IMG/VR virus record: IMGVR_UViG_3300033463_000023
Span: 1 to 64,000 of that record
DNA: 64,000 bases
Direction: 5' to 3' (one strand)
Origin: a virus
Taxonomy: Duplodnaviria > Caudoviricetes
Position 1 is the stretch's first letter. Each line of letters opens with the position of its first letter. The position numbers and the translations under genes were made by a program. A model generated the notes under the pieces. That model saw nothing but the letters and a program-made list of their open reading frames with translations. It was not told the origin of the DNA and made no database searches. Of this stretch, positions 47,636 through 57,636 are shown one piece after another.

Positions 47636-47987
47636 GCGCAACGCCAACATCGTCCCGGAGCCCGGGGAGGGGCCGTTCTTCCGCGTGGCCCGCAACATGG
47701 ACCGAGCGCCGCTGCGCGACCACCTGTGGTGGGGCTACGAGGAGAAGTCCGACTTCCGCCTGGCCCTCCGCGGCCTGCTCGACCGCTGGCGCTGCCGCGT
47801 CGGCGAGTGCGTCGGCGAGCGCCACGGCCTCCGCCTCCTGCGCTTCCACGACACCCCCGGCGGCAGGCCAGACGAGGCGTGGCTGCCGGAGTTCCTCCTG
47901 GAGCCGGCCCCCAGGCCCGACTACTTTGACGTCCCGGCGCCGGACCCCGCCCGGCGGGAGCTCGAGGAGGCCTTCGGCTTCGACTGA
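47628..47987 (+). CDS. Hypothetical protein
   Basis: 119-aa ORF overlapping the previous stop. Confidence 0.7.
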   Translation: MTERNANIVPEPGEGPFFRVARNMDRAPLRDHLWWGYEEKSDFRLALRGLLDRWRCRVGECVGERHGLRLLRFHDTPGGRPDEAWLPEFLLEPAPRPDYFDVPAPDPARRELEEAFGFD

Positions 47988-48014
47988 GGCCTCCCGCGCC
48001 GGCTTCCGCAAAGG

Positions 48015-48046
48015 GGGGGCCGCTATCCTCACGGACGGCGGCCCCC
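48015..48046. terminator. Hairpin between convergent gene blocks
   Basis: GGGGGCCGCT/GGCGGCCCCC. Confidence 0.55.
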
Positions 48047-48116
48047 AAGACCAAATAACCTTGAATAACTAAAAACTAAATATGCAATAAGCCTAACATG
48101 AAAAGCATTAATCCTT

Positions 48117-48671
48117 CTATTCCTCCTCCGGCCCGGGCAGCCCGTGCCCCTTCCTGCCGAGATCCTCGACGGCCTCGCCGATCTCGCCGCTCTTCACCTT
48201 TATGAGCCGCCCGATGAACCTCACCGTCGCCCGCCAGGCGTCGGCGGTGCTGACCTCGATGCCCATGTGCACGTACATCACGTGGCCGACTATCGACGCT
48301 ATCTCGCAGCCGCAGCCTATGCCCAGGCCGATGGCCGCCGTCCAGACGTGCGTGCAGACGCCCGTGGGCTCGGTGATGGCCAGCCCTATCAGCGCCCCCA
48401 CGACGAGGTACGTCATGTAGTCCACGAACTTGTTCGCCGTCCGCCTCACGGCGCGGCTCTTGTGCCACTTGAACTTGTCCTTCAGCGTCTCGTTGCCGAT
48501 CTCCCCGGCGTGCTCGTAGTGCTTCCTGGCGGAGCGGTATCCCCACCAGAGGTCGGCCAGTATCAGCGCCAGCGAGCAGATGATCATGTACCTGAGGTCG
48601 AAGACCACCGCCAGCAGCTCGCCGCCGATGCTTCCCCACAGCACCCCCTTGGGGCCGATTGAGCTATCCAT
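48117..48671 (-). CDS. Holin-like membrane protein
   Basis: Three hydrophobic segments; ADLWWG...S.A.RRT..K..DY...EIASI pattern. Confidence 0.7.
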   Translation of the reverse strand: MDSSIGPKGVLWGSIGGELLAVVFDLRYMIICSLALILADLWWGYRSARKHYEHAGEIGNETLKDKFKWHKSRAVRRTANKFVDYMTYLVVGALIGLAITEPTGVCTHVWTAAIGLGIGCGCEIASIVGHVMYVHMGIEVSTADAWRATVRFIGRLIKVKSGEIGEAVEDLGRKGHGLPGPEEE

Positions 48672-49221
48672 TCCGCAGTAACAGTTTTGTCATTATGCCT
48701 ATGAGGAGGGTGGCGTAGCAGAGCACCTCCGCCACGAGCACGCCCTTTCCCCAGAATATCCTCGGTATGTCGCCCTCGGCGACGTCCCACATGAAGAACG
48801 CCATGAACGCCGCCGGCCACGCCAGCAGCAGCCACGGCGAGAGCACCGCCACGCACGCCTGGGAGAACACCCCGGCGGCGACGATCAGCGCGCGGTGGCC
48901 GTTTGTCATGTCGCGGAACACCAGCGGCATGAGCGTTATCAGCAGCATGCACGTGGCGAAGGCGTGGGGCACGGCCTCCAGGCGGTCCGGCACCGCCTCG
49001 AACAGCGCCGGCGTCATCGTGTACACGCACACCCACATCCACAGCGTCCAGAGGTACCGCTGCCTCCTTGGCAGGCGGTAGGCCATCGCCGAGACGCTGC
49101 GGGGCAGCTCGCCGCGCCGGCACAGGTTGTGCCCGATCATCAGCACCACGGCGAACGCCGATATCATCGCAAGCATCGTCATATCCTTCAGTCCCTTAAT
49201 TGTTCGTTGTTCATTGTTCAT
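48664..49221 (-). CDS. Multi-pass membrane protein
   Basis: 5-6 hydrophobic segments; start may be an internal ATG. Confidence 0.7.
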   Translation of the reverse strand: MNNEQRTIKGLKDMTMLAMISAFAVVLMIGHNLCRRGELPRSVSAMAYRLPRRQRYLWTLWMWVCVYTMTPALFEAVPDRLEAVPHAFATCMLLITLMPLVFRDMTNGHRALIVAAGVFSQACVAVLSPWLLLAWPAAFMAFFMWDVAEGDIPRIFWGKGVLVAEVLCYATLLIGIMTKLLLRNG

Positions 49222-49233
49222 TCTCCACTCTCC

Positions 49234-50346
49234 TCATCCCTCCAGCGCCAGCGTCACGGTGAACTCCACGCTGGCGTACTGCTGCTTCGACAGGTCGTAG
49301 ACGGTCTGGCTCTTCTTCGCCGGCGCGACGGTGACGGGCACGTAGTCCGCCGCGTCCATGCCCGGGCCCTGCCAGAGCATCCACCAGCGGCGCGCCATGA
49401 GGAACTCGTGCGTCCACCAGTCCGCCCACTCGCGCGTCTGGTACCCGCTGGACATCTGCCAGGAGCGCCTGCCGCCGGAGGCCACGGCCGTCAGCGACCG
49501 CGACGGGGTGAACGACGGGCGCTCCACGCGGCCGTACTGCTTCGTCTCCACCTCCACCGCCATCGCCTCCTTCGCCTGGCCGCTGCACGTCTCCACGGCG
49601 CCGCGGCGGTTCACGAAGAGGAAGTCCGCGTAGGGCTGGCTGTCGCGCAGCACTATCGGGGCGTGCGCCGACGGGCCGTCCTCCGCGGGCGTCGCGTCCG
49701 CGGGGAAGAACACGCTCCGCGTGCCCTGCGGGTTCACGTCCACCCACGACGTCCTGCTCGTGCTGCCCACGCGCTCCGGCGTGGAGACGGGCTTCGTCGA
49801 GGCGTCGCCGTTGCGGGGGTTCGAGCCCTCCCAGTACGACACGTCGGCGTCGCTCCTGTCCTCTATAAGGCTCCTCTCCCACTCCGTCAGCCCGCCGAGG
49901 CAGCACCGGCCGCCCTCTATCTCCGGGCTGTCCGTGCGCTCGAACACGCCGTCGGCGGCGATGTACTCCGTGTGCACGAAGAGCGAGTAGCTGCGGTAGC
50001 CGCGCTGCTCCTCGCCGGAGCTCGACGCGCCGGCGGCGGCGACCTCGCGGGAGAACCCGTAGTCCGCCCACATCGCCCTGAGGGCGGAGCTGATGTTGAA
50101 GTCGATGCTCCCCTGCCCGCCCGTGTCGGCGTGGAAGTCGCCCACCTTCGTCCTGTTCACGCTGCCGCCGCCGACCTCCTCCAGGTAGACGACGTCCACG
50201 CGGACGATGTTGAACGGCGACGTGGGCTTCCCGCCCGCGTCCGTGGGCCACTCGAGCCCGGACACCGTGATCACGACGGGCGAGTCGGCGAAGTACGTCT
50301 TCCCGCCTCCGAACATCCCTGATACCGTTACCGTGTTTTCAGCCAT
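49234..50346 (-). CDS. Putative tail/structural protein
   Basis: 370 aa, FLFVNRRGAVET motif, late-gene context. Confidence 0.6.
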   Translation of the reverse strand: MAENTVTVSGMFGGGKTYFADSPVVITVSGLEWPTDAGGKPTSPFNIVRVDVVYLEEVGGGSVNRTKVGDFHADTGGQGSIDFNISSALRAMWADYGFSREVAAAGASSSGEEQRGYRSYSLFVHTEYIAADGVFERTDSPEIEGGRCCLGGLTEWERSLIEDRSDADVSYWEGSNPRNGDASTKPVSTPERVGSTSRTSWVDVNPQGTRSVFFPADATPAEDGPSAHAPIVLRDSQPYADFLFVNRRGAVETCSGQAKEAMAVEVETKQYGRVERPSFTPSRSLTAVASGGRRSWQMSSGYQTREWADWWTHEFLMARRWWMLWQGPGMDAADYVPVTVAPAKKSQTVYDLSKQQYASVEFTVTLALEG

Positions 50347-50390
50347 ACCCTCTGTCCGTTATTCATTGTCCATTGTTCATTCTTCATTCC

Positions 50391-53297
50391 CTATATGTAC
50401 ATCACCTCCATCGTCACGCTGCCCAGGCCCGTCCTGTTCGAGACGGTGTACTGCATCTTCCTGACGAACCCCGTCACGTCCCCCACCCTCACGCGCTTCG
50501 TCGTGTCCAGCGCCAGCAGCTGGGCGAGCGTCATCCGCGCCTCGATCCTGGCGATGCGGGCGTTGCGTACCCAGTACGAGTACTCCTTGTAGAACTGGTC
50601 GGCCAGTCCCCGCTGCCGCAGGTCCGCCTTCGAGATCTCCAGGTAGCGGCGGTTGTCGGCACCCTCCGGCCTCGCCGGGTCGTAGTACGGGTTCGGCTTC
50701 TCCGCGCGGAGCTTCAGCGAGAAGCGCCCCTCGGCGCTCTGCTCGTCCTCCTGCCCGTCGGCGGTGTAGTCCCAGAGGTTGCCGTACGAGTCGCAGGTGT
50801 CGGGGTGCGCCGTGACGGTGCTCCCCGGCTGTATCTCCCACGTGCTGTTGCCCTCCCCGTCGTCCGGGTCCGGGCCGTACTTCACCCCCGCGTCGCTGCC
50901 GCTGCCGCGCATGATGCCGAGCGTCAGCCCCCAGTCGTGCGTCTCCACGGGCGGCACGCCGTCGTCGTTGGGCTCGTAGTTGTCCTGCAGGTACAGGCGG
51001 TACCCCTCGTTGACGCAGCCCTCGACCTTCAGGCCGGTGATCCTGCCTATCATGTACACGTACTCGTTGAGCACCGGCGCCACCCTGTCCTCGAAGTTCG
51101 CCTCGAGGGTGGACGTGAGGCCCTCGGCGGAGACCTCCATGTCCGAGGTGATGGCGAACTCGCCCGGCTTCACGGTGCCCTCGGCCATCATCTTCGAGTA
51201 CACGAAGCTCCCGTCGTCGTCCCTGGCGTAGAGCTTCCCGTCCACGTCGTAGAGCGCCGTCGGGTCGTTGAAGTCCGTGTCGCCGGCGGAGGTGTCGGCC
51301 CTGCGGGGCCGCATCTTCTCGTCGACGAAGAGGGCGAAGCGCTGCGCGGCGTCGCCCTCGCGCTCGGCCTCCATGTTCAGGTCGTTCATGATCGCCGGCG
51401 TGAAGCCCGCGCTGACCTCCTCGACGGTGCCCTCCTCGCCGGTGCAGTCGCCGTCCTCGGCGTCCATGAACCCCGCGTACTCGAAGAGCGAGGGGTGCAG
51501 GTCGCGGTAGCGCTTGGCGTCCTTGTCGACCTTCACGCCGTAGGCGTTGCCCGTCACGGGGGTGACGTAGCACGTCTTGTTGAACGCCGACACCTTGTTG
51601 ATGACGCTGCCGTAGTCGGCGTCGAGGTCCCACTGCGAGTAGTCGTGGGTGTCGCTGTTGTCCGGCCACAGCGTCCTCTGGTGTATCAGCTTGTCGTTGA
51701 ATCCCTTGTAGTAGAAGTGCGTGTCCTCCGTGCCGGCGCCGTAGGTCATGCGGAAGCCCCGCACGGGGTTCTCCGTCTTCGTGCAGGAGAAGACGTCGCA
51801 GGCTATGTCCTGCACGCCGCCGTCGCGGAAGATGTTGCGCAGCAGCACGATGCGCACGCGCTTGTAGTCGTCGGAGAACAGGAACCGTATGCCGAAGCCG
51901 GCCTCCAGGGCCCTGACGACCTCCGATATCTCCGTGTCGGGGAAGCACTCGCTGGTGGCGTAGGCGTCGTGGAGCCAGCAGTTCTGGTCCTCGTACTGCT
52001 CCTTCGCCGCGTCGCCGACGGACAGCGCCTCCGCCGCCTCGACCTTCAGGCCGGTGATCCGCGGGATGTCCCCCTCCTCCACGTCCCTGACGTCGTATAC
52101 GAGGTCGGTGAGCGTGTAGTCCGTCACCTTGAACTTGCACTCCTCGGGCTTGATAAGGCTCTTCGGCGCCGTCCACGCGCCGGTCCCGGCGTCGCGGGGC
52201 CCGAGCTGCTCGGGCACGAGGCGGCGGAAGCTCCAGAACCTGTATACGCCGAACTCCGGCCCGAAGCCCGGCCCGGGCTCGCCCGTGCGGATGCGCTTGG
52301 GCACCCTGTAGGCGCACTTCGTGTTGACCATGAACAGCCGGCGCAGGTCCTCCACGCCCATCATCTGGTTCTCGTCGACGTGGATATCGAGGTGCTTCAT
52401 CAGGCACCTGAGCCAGTATATCACGAAGAAGTTCGGCGCGGAGTTCACGCGGTCGGCGGGCATCACCTCGTAGCCGCGCTGCGCCTCCGGCTCGGAGCCG
52501 TAGTCGACGGTGACGTTCCCCGCGGTGTCCGTCTTCTCGTAGCCGTAGCGCTGGTAGCAGAGGGCGACGTTGCAGAACGGGTGCACCGGCGTGCCGTTCT
52601 CGTCCTCCGTGTACGGGCTGTCGGTGTTCAGGTCGTTGACGTGCTTTTCGTAGCCGTCGCCGGCGTCGAACTCCCCCCTGGGGAACACCATGCGCGGGTA
52701 CTTCTGCACGGCGGCGGCCTCGCCCTCGGCCTCGAAGACCACGGGGTCGCCCTCCGGGCCCGTGCCGCCCTGCCGCACGTCCTTGGGGTGTATCTCCTCC
52801 TTCATGAAGCGCCTCGTGAACGAGAACACCGGCGTGGCCTTCAGCTTCAGTCCCACGCGCGTCCACCGCTCCCGCCACAGCGCCACGCCGAAGCGCACGT
52901 CGCCCATCAGCGGCACCTGGCTCGCCTTCGCCCCCTCGACCATCTCGTCGAAGGTCTTCTGCCCGGACTCGAACGTCACGTCGACGTTGCCGTCGTCGCC
53001 GACGTCCGCCTCGTCGCCGAGGGTGAGGTAGCCCAGGTACAGCGGCAGGTCGTCGGCCCACAGGCGGGCGCGGCGGCGGTGCAGCTGCTCGTGCAGCCGC
53101 GAGCCGTGGACGTCTCCGGCGGTGCCGAGGACGGCGGCGTTGGCCCGGACGTTCAGCGCGAACGAGTGCGTCCACACGTCGCCCCTGGCGAAGACGTCGC
53201 TGGTGACGGTGACGGTGACGCTCGCGTCGTCCGGCAGCGCGGCGAAGCGGCTGCCGGTACCCTCCAGGTCGAATATCTCAAGTGCGAGGTGCTCCAT
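50391..53297 (-). CDS. Putative large tail protein
   Basis: ATG 53297 (MEHLALEIF); acidic, beta-rich; late-gene context. Confidence 0.65.
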   Translation of the reverse strand: MEHLALEIFDLEGTGSRFAALPDDASVTVTVTSDVFARGDVWTHSFALNVRANAAVLGTAGDVHGSRLHEQLHRRRARLWADDLPLYLGYLTLGDEADVGDDGNVDVTFESGQKTFDEMVEGAKASQVPLMGDVRFGVALWRERWTRVGLKLKATPVFSFTRRFMKEEIHPKDVRQGGTGPEGDPVVFEAEGEAAAVQKYPRMVFPRGEFDAGDGYEKHVNDLNTDSPYTEDENGTPVHPFCNVALCYQRYGYEKTDTAGNVTVDYGSEPEAQRGYEVMPADRVNSAPNFFVIYWLRCLMKHLDIHVDENQMMGVEDLRRLFMVNTKCAYRVPKRIRTGEPGPGFGPEFGVYRFWSFRRLVPEQLGPRDAGTGAWTAPKSLIKPEECKFKVTDYTLTDLVYDVRDVEEGDIPRITGLKVEAAEALSVGDAAKEQYEDQNCWLHDAYATSECFPDTEISEVVRALEAGFGIRFLFSDDYKRVRIVLLRNIFRDGGVQDIACDVFSCTKTENPVRGFRMTYGAGTEDTHFYYKGFNDKLIHQRTLWPDNSDTHDYSQWDLDADYGSVINKVSAFNKTCYVTPVTGNAYGVKVDKDAKRYRDLHPSLFEYAGFMDAEDGDCTGEEGTVEEVSAGFTPAIMNDLNMEAEREGDAAQRFALFVDEKMRPRRADTSAGDTDFNDPTALYDVDGKLYARDDDGSFVYSKMMAEGTVKPGEFAITSDMEVSAEGLTSTLEANFEDRVAPVLNEYVYMIGRITGLKVEGCVNEGYRLYLQDNYEPNDDGVPPVETHDWGLTLGIMRGSGSDAGVKYGPDPDDGEGNSTWEIQPGSTVTAHPDTCDSYGNLWDYTADGQEDEQSAEGRFSLKLRAEKPNPYYDPARPEGADNRRYLEISKADLRQRGLADQFYKEYSYWVRNARIARIEARMTLAQLLALDTTKRVRVGDVTGFVRKMQYTVSNRTGLGSVTMEVMYI

Positions 53298-53318
53298 GTC
53301 CCTATGTTCTCTGTGGGC

Positions 53319-53407
53319 AAGATACGGCGCGCGGGCCGCGGGGTCAAGGGCAGCGCCCTTGACGCGCGCCCGCTGCCCTTGACTCCGCCGCCCGCCGGCG
53401 GTATATT
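53319..53407. promoter_or_regulatory. Symmetric divergent promoter pair
   Basis: + TTGACT 53379 -17- TATATT 53402; - TTGACC 53347 -17- TATCTT 53324. Confidence 0.6.
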
Positions 53408-53425
53408 CCGCAAAAAGGACAGTAC

Positions 53426-54787
53426 ATGCCACGCACCTCGCCAGTACACTACCTGCAGCCGTCGGCCGTCAGCATCGTGCCGAACTGCAACCGCTCGGCC
53501 GACGACGTCGCCGTCGCCGTCGCGCGCGGGACGAAGATAAAGGTGTGGTCGCCCGGCGCCGGCATCGACATGGCCGGGGACACCTACCAGGAGTGGGAGC
53601 TCCGCGGCCGCAACCGCCGGCTGGCCGACGGCACGAGGCCGTACACGATCTACGCCCGCATCGGGAAGCCCCGCGGGGGCGGCGGGTCGTCGTTCACGTC
53701 GCCGGGCACGGTCCGGGATCCCGGCTACATCGTCTTCGCCCCGAAGAACGGCAGCGAGGGCGAGGGGTGGCGCGACAAGTACCCGTACGTCGCCCCGGCG
53801 GGGCTCGTCACGCCCGACGGCGCCGCGGACCCCGGCGACTACTGGTACGTCCGCATGGGCTACGTCACCCTCCCCGAGGAGGGGGCGGGCGGGGAGCGGC
53901 TCCGCACCGTCGTCTTCGACACGGGGATCCTGGGCACCGACCGCTTCAACACCGAGTGGGCACAGAACCCCGACCGCCTCAGGATCCCGTCGCGCGTGGA
54001 GAAGGTGGACCGCGGCGAGTGGGCCGCCACGAGGCCCGCCGTGCCGCAGCCCGCCGTGACGTACAACGGCCCGTCCGGCACGTACGCGCCCGACGGCACG
54101 CTCTCCGACGCGGCCCTCGCGGAGGAGGTCGCCGTGGGGAACCTCACCGAGCGCGACGCGGCGGCGGCCAGGGTCCTCAGGACGTGGGGCGGCGCGTACG
54201 TCCGCGGCGCGGAGATCCACGAGCCCTACCACCTCGAGGCGATGACGCGCGCGGGATGGGTGGCCCAGCGCCTCTCCGAGGCATGGGCGGGGTACACGGA
54301 CCTGGAGCTCTACGAGACGCTCCTGCAGTGGAACTTCACCCTCGAGACCAGCCGCGCCTGGAAGGGCGGCATCCTCTGGGAGTGCCTCGCCGACTGCACG
54401 CAGCAGGAGCCCGCCGTCGGCTGCACGGACTGGACGCCCGTCACCGCCGCCGCCGCGGACTACAGGATGGCGTTCTGCGACGCCACGGGGTACCCCTACA
54501 CCGAGGTCATCCCCTGCCGCCCGGGCTACGTCAGCCTGTTCGTCTCGCCGAGGGTCACCTTCGGCGACGAGGACATCACGCAGCAGGCCGACTCCTGGCA
54601 GTGGCACAAGTACGTCAACGCCTCCGAGGACACGGCGTGGTCGGCGACGCACACCTCGCGCGAGGTGATGATCACGGACGCGGACTTCCCCACGGCGTGG
54701 GGGCGCCAGACGGAGGTGGTGTTCGAGTGCGTGGCGACGTACGGCGCGCTCGACGTGGAGATAGCCAAGAAGGTAGGATTCAGATAA
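53426..54787 (+). CDS. Putative structural/tail protein
   Basis: 453-aa ORF, late-gene context. Confidence 0.65.
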   Translation: MPRTSPVHYLQPSAVSIVPNCNRSADDVAVAVARGTKIKVWSPGAGIDMAGDTYQEWELRGRNRRLADGTRPYTIYARIGKPRGGGGSSFTSPGTVRDPGYIVFAPKNGSEGEGWRDKYPYVAPAGLVTPDGAADPGDYWYVRMGYVTLPEEGAGGERLRTVVFDTGILGTDRFNTEWAQNPDRLRIPSRVEKVDRGEWAATRPAVPQPAVTYNGPSGTYAPDGTLSDAALAEEVAVGNLTERDAAAARVLRTWGGAYVRGAEIHEPYHLEAMTRAGWVAQRLSEAWAGYTDLELYETLLQWNFTLETSRAWKGGILWECLADCTQQEPAVGCTDWTPVTAAAADYRMAFCDATGYPYTEVIPCRPGYVSLFVSPRVTFGDEDITQQADSWQWHKYVNASEDTAWSATHTSREVMITDADFPTAWGRQTEVVFECVATYGALDVEIAKKVGFR

Positions 54788-54794
54788 ACGGACG

Positions 54795-56102
54795 ATGAAG
54801 AGGATCAACACATCACAGATGAGCGTCAGCTCGGACATTGCCCCCCTCGACGAGGTGTTCCTCATCGAGAGCGTCGGCGGCAGGCTCATGGAGCAGTGGT
54901 ACTACGTCACCGAGGACGTGTGGTACCCCGACCGCAAGATGTCGAGCGTGCCGCTGCAGCTCCGCCCGTCGCTCCAGCTCACGAACCCCGACACGCGGCA
55001 GCGCTACGTCGTAGACATGTCCGCCGCCACGACGACGGTGCGGTGGTACTACAGGGAGGGCAGCGGCGCCGAGACGCTGGTCACGAACACCGTGGAGAGC
55101 CTGTCGGCGGACTACACCGTCAAGGCCAACGGCGACCTCGTGGTGAGGAAGAACGTCGCCTACAGCAGCCCCGTCACGCTGCGCTGCCAGGTCGCCTACG
55201 CCGAGCCGCGCACCGGCGGCGCGGAGAGCACGGGGAAGAGCGTCGTGCTCCGCACGAACCAGGACGCCAAGACGATGTACTCCGTGCACCTGACGGCCAT
55301 GGACGGCGCGTCGTTCTCGCCGCTGGCCGGCGACGGCCACCTGAAGCGGTTCATGGCGGCGGCGTTCCTCGGCGACGTCGACGTGACGGACGAGGTGTAC
55401 ATGTTCCACTGGTTCCTGGACGACGGCACCGGGGAGCAGGCCGCCGACGGCATGCCCGGCTTCGAGGGCTACTCCGACGAGGCCGGCGAGAGCCGCCGCC
55501 GCTACCTGACGCTCGACATGGACTACATACAGTCGGCGCAGCTGACCCTCCGCGTGAGGGCCCGCAGCACCGACGCGGACCTGAAGCCGTGCAGCGACGG
55601 CGCCGCGCTGGCGTGGCGCGTGCCGAAGCTCATCAGCGGCACCTACTCCCCCGAAGGCAACACCGTGCGCCAGGACGCCTCGGGCATGATGACGTTCCGC
55701 CAGAGCATACGCACCAGCGGCGGCGAGATCCCCGAGGACATCCTCAGGAAGTACGTCGCCGTGGAGTGGACGATGCGCGACGGCAGCGGCCGCGAGACCG
55801 CCGTCGGCACGGGCCCGGAGGTCCGCATCCCGGCGCAGGCGCTGCGCAACGAGCCCGCGGCGCCGTCGGTGGTGACGGAGGACCTGCAGGTGGTCCACGC
55901 CACGGGCGGCGAGACGAGGATGGTCACCGTCGCCGTCTCCGGCGAGACGCGCGCCGTCGTCCACACCGTCACGACGGAGGACAGCGGCATGAAGGCCTCC
56001 AGCGTCAGGGCGGACGTGTACCTCAGGAACGAGTGCTGCCTCGTCACGCAGGGCGGCGCGCAGGTGACGCAGGGCGGGAAGGACGTGATAACGATGGCAT
56101 GA
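54795..56102 (+). CDS. Putative structural protein with Ig-like beta domains
   Basis: Repeated x-W-Y/F strands, Thr/Val-rich. Confidence 0.65.
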   Translation: MKRINTSQMSVSSDIAPLDEVFLIESVGGRLMEQWYYVTEDVWYPDRKMSSVPLQLRPSLQLTNPDTRQRYVVDMSAATTTVRWYYREGSGAETLVTNTVESLSADYTVKANGDLVVRKNVAYSSPVTLRCQVAYAEPRTGGAESTGKSVVLRTNQDAKTMYSVHLTAMDGASFSPLAGDGHLKRFMAAAFLGDVDVTDEVYMFHWFLDDGTGEQAADGMPGFEGYSDEAGESRRRYLTLDMDYIQSAQLTLRVRARSTDADLKPCSDGAALAWRVPKLISGTYSPEGNTVRQDASGMMTFRQSIRTSGGEIPEDILRKYVAVEWTMRDGSGRETAVGTGPEVRIPAQALRNEPAAPSVVTEDLQVVHATGGETRMVTVAVSGETRAVVHTVTTEDSGMKASSVRADVYLRNECCLVTQGGAQVTQGGKDVITMA

Positions 56103-56133
56103 CACAACATAACAAAAGGAAAGGGAAAGCGAT

Positions 56134-56424
56134 ATGGAAGGGAACGCAGTATACCTCGTGACGGAGGAGGTGGCCAGGAGGGCCGGCGTCCAGGACACGG
56201 CCTACGTGACCGCCGACGGGCGGTACGTCATCGACCTCGCCGACTTCAAGCGGCTGAGGATGACGGCGGAGGAGTACATCACCGGCGTCGCCGGCGTGGA
56301 GAGGATCACGGCCGAGGAGTCCAGGGTCCTCGTCATGGAGAACGGCTACCGCCGCGCCGCCGACACGGCGGCGGAGGACGGAGCCGGCAGTACGGAGACG
56401 GACACTAACCAGGGGGAGGAGTAG
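56134..56424 (+). CDS. Hypothetical protein
   Basis: 96-aa ORF. Confidence 0.75.
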   Translation: MEGNAVYLVTEEVARRAGVQDTAYVTADGRYVIDLADFKRLRMTAEEYITGVAGVERITAEESRVLVMENGYRRAADTAAEDGAGSTETDTNQGEE

Positions 56425-56427
56425 CGC

Positions 56428-57633
56428 ATGGGAACGATATCAAGCCAGTTCTGCATCACGAGCATCGTGGACGGCATGACCATCCACGGGTCGCTCTGGA
56501 GCGACAAGTCCCTCACGCAGTACATGGACGCCGAGGGCGCGGCCGTCCCGAAGTGGGACACGAACACCGGCCCCACGATATGGCTCACGGTGCTGAAGGG
56601 CATCCAGGAGGTGTCGCCGATAGACTACACGTGGTACTACAACGGCCAGGAGATCACCGACGACCCGGCCTGGGCGGCGATGTTCGTCAGGCGCGAGCAG
56701 GCCGGCGAGCACGGCGTCGTCGTGCCGACGCTGAAGATCATCAGGGACCTCGCCACGCCGGGCAACCGCGACCTCGACGTGATCACCCTCAAGGGGCGCA
56801 TCGAGTCCAACGGCACGCCCGTGGAGTTCTCCGCGAGCATCGAGGTGAGGATCTGCGCCCTGTCGGGCTCCGGCTACGGCGCGGTGTTCCACTTCCCCGA
56901 CGGCGGCGCCATCAACGACGCCGGCGAGCACATCCGCATCGTCGCCGGCCTGGTGAAGGACATCAGCGAGCTCACCGCCGACTTCCCCGGCCAGGCCGGG
57001 CAGTACACCGTGGAGTGGTACGTCAACTACGACGAGCAGGTGACGCAGTCCTCGCAGCAGGCCGCCGCCTCCTACTACGGCAAGTCGAAGGCCTCCCCGG
57101 GCGACGCCTCGTGGAAGCCGTGCCTGTGGCTCTACGAGGGCGACGTGACGGACAAGACCGTCGTGCGCTGCGTCTTCAAGGACCTCGAGGGAAACGTCCT
57201 CTACTGGGACACGGTGGAGGTCGACGACGAGCAGGACCCCGACCAGCTCTACATCATGTACGACACGGACACCGTCGACGACGGCAGCCCGGTGTCGCTG
57301 CACAGGGGCCAGACGGTGAACCTGAAGTTCTGGGTGGCCACCGGCGACGACCACAAGAACCTCGTCAAGAACGGCCGCTACACGACGTACAAGGCCATGC
57401 TCCTGAAGGCCGACGGCAGCGCCCTGACGCAGGGCACCGGCGGCTGGGTGACGCTGCGCGAGGAGGGCGACACCATCGTCGTCAAGGCCGGCGTCGCCAC
57501 CGGGTCGGTGACGATGAAGCGGCAGACCGTCACCGTCGAGGACGCGGCGCTCTCCGGCGGCACGTGCACCGTCGGCTACGAGGCCGTGACGGGCTGCGGC
57601 GGCACGATAACGGGGCTCATAAAGGCAGAGTAG
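56428..57633 (+). CDS. Putative structural protein with Ig-like domains
   Basis: YTWYYNG and YTVEWY strands. Confidence 0.65.
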   Translation: MGTISSQFCITSIVDGMTIHGSLWSDKSLTQYMDAEGAAVPKWDTNTGPTIWLTVLKGIQEVSPIDYTWYYNGQEITDDPAWAAMFVRREQAGEHGVVVPTLKIIRDLATPGNRDLDVITLKGRIESNGTPVEFSASIEVRICALSGSGYGAVFHFPDGGAINDAGEHIRIVAGLVKDISELTADFPGQAGQYTVEWYVNYDEQVTQSSQQAAASYYGKSKASPGDASWKPCLWLYEGDVTDKTVVRCVFKDLEGNVLYWDTVEVDDEQDPDQLYIMYDTDTVDDGSPVSLHRGQTVNLKFWVATGDDHKNLVKNGRYTTYKAMLLKADGSALTQGTGGWVTLREEGDTIVVKAGVATGSVTMKRQTVTVEDAALSGGTCTVGYEAVTGCGGTITGLIKAE

Positions 57634-57636
57634 CGC

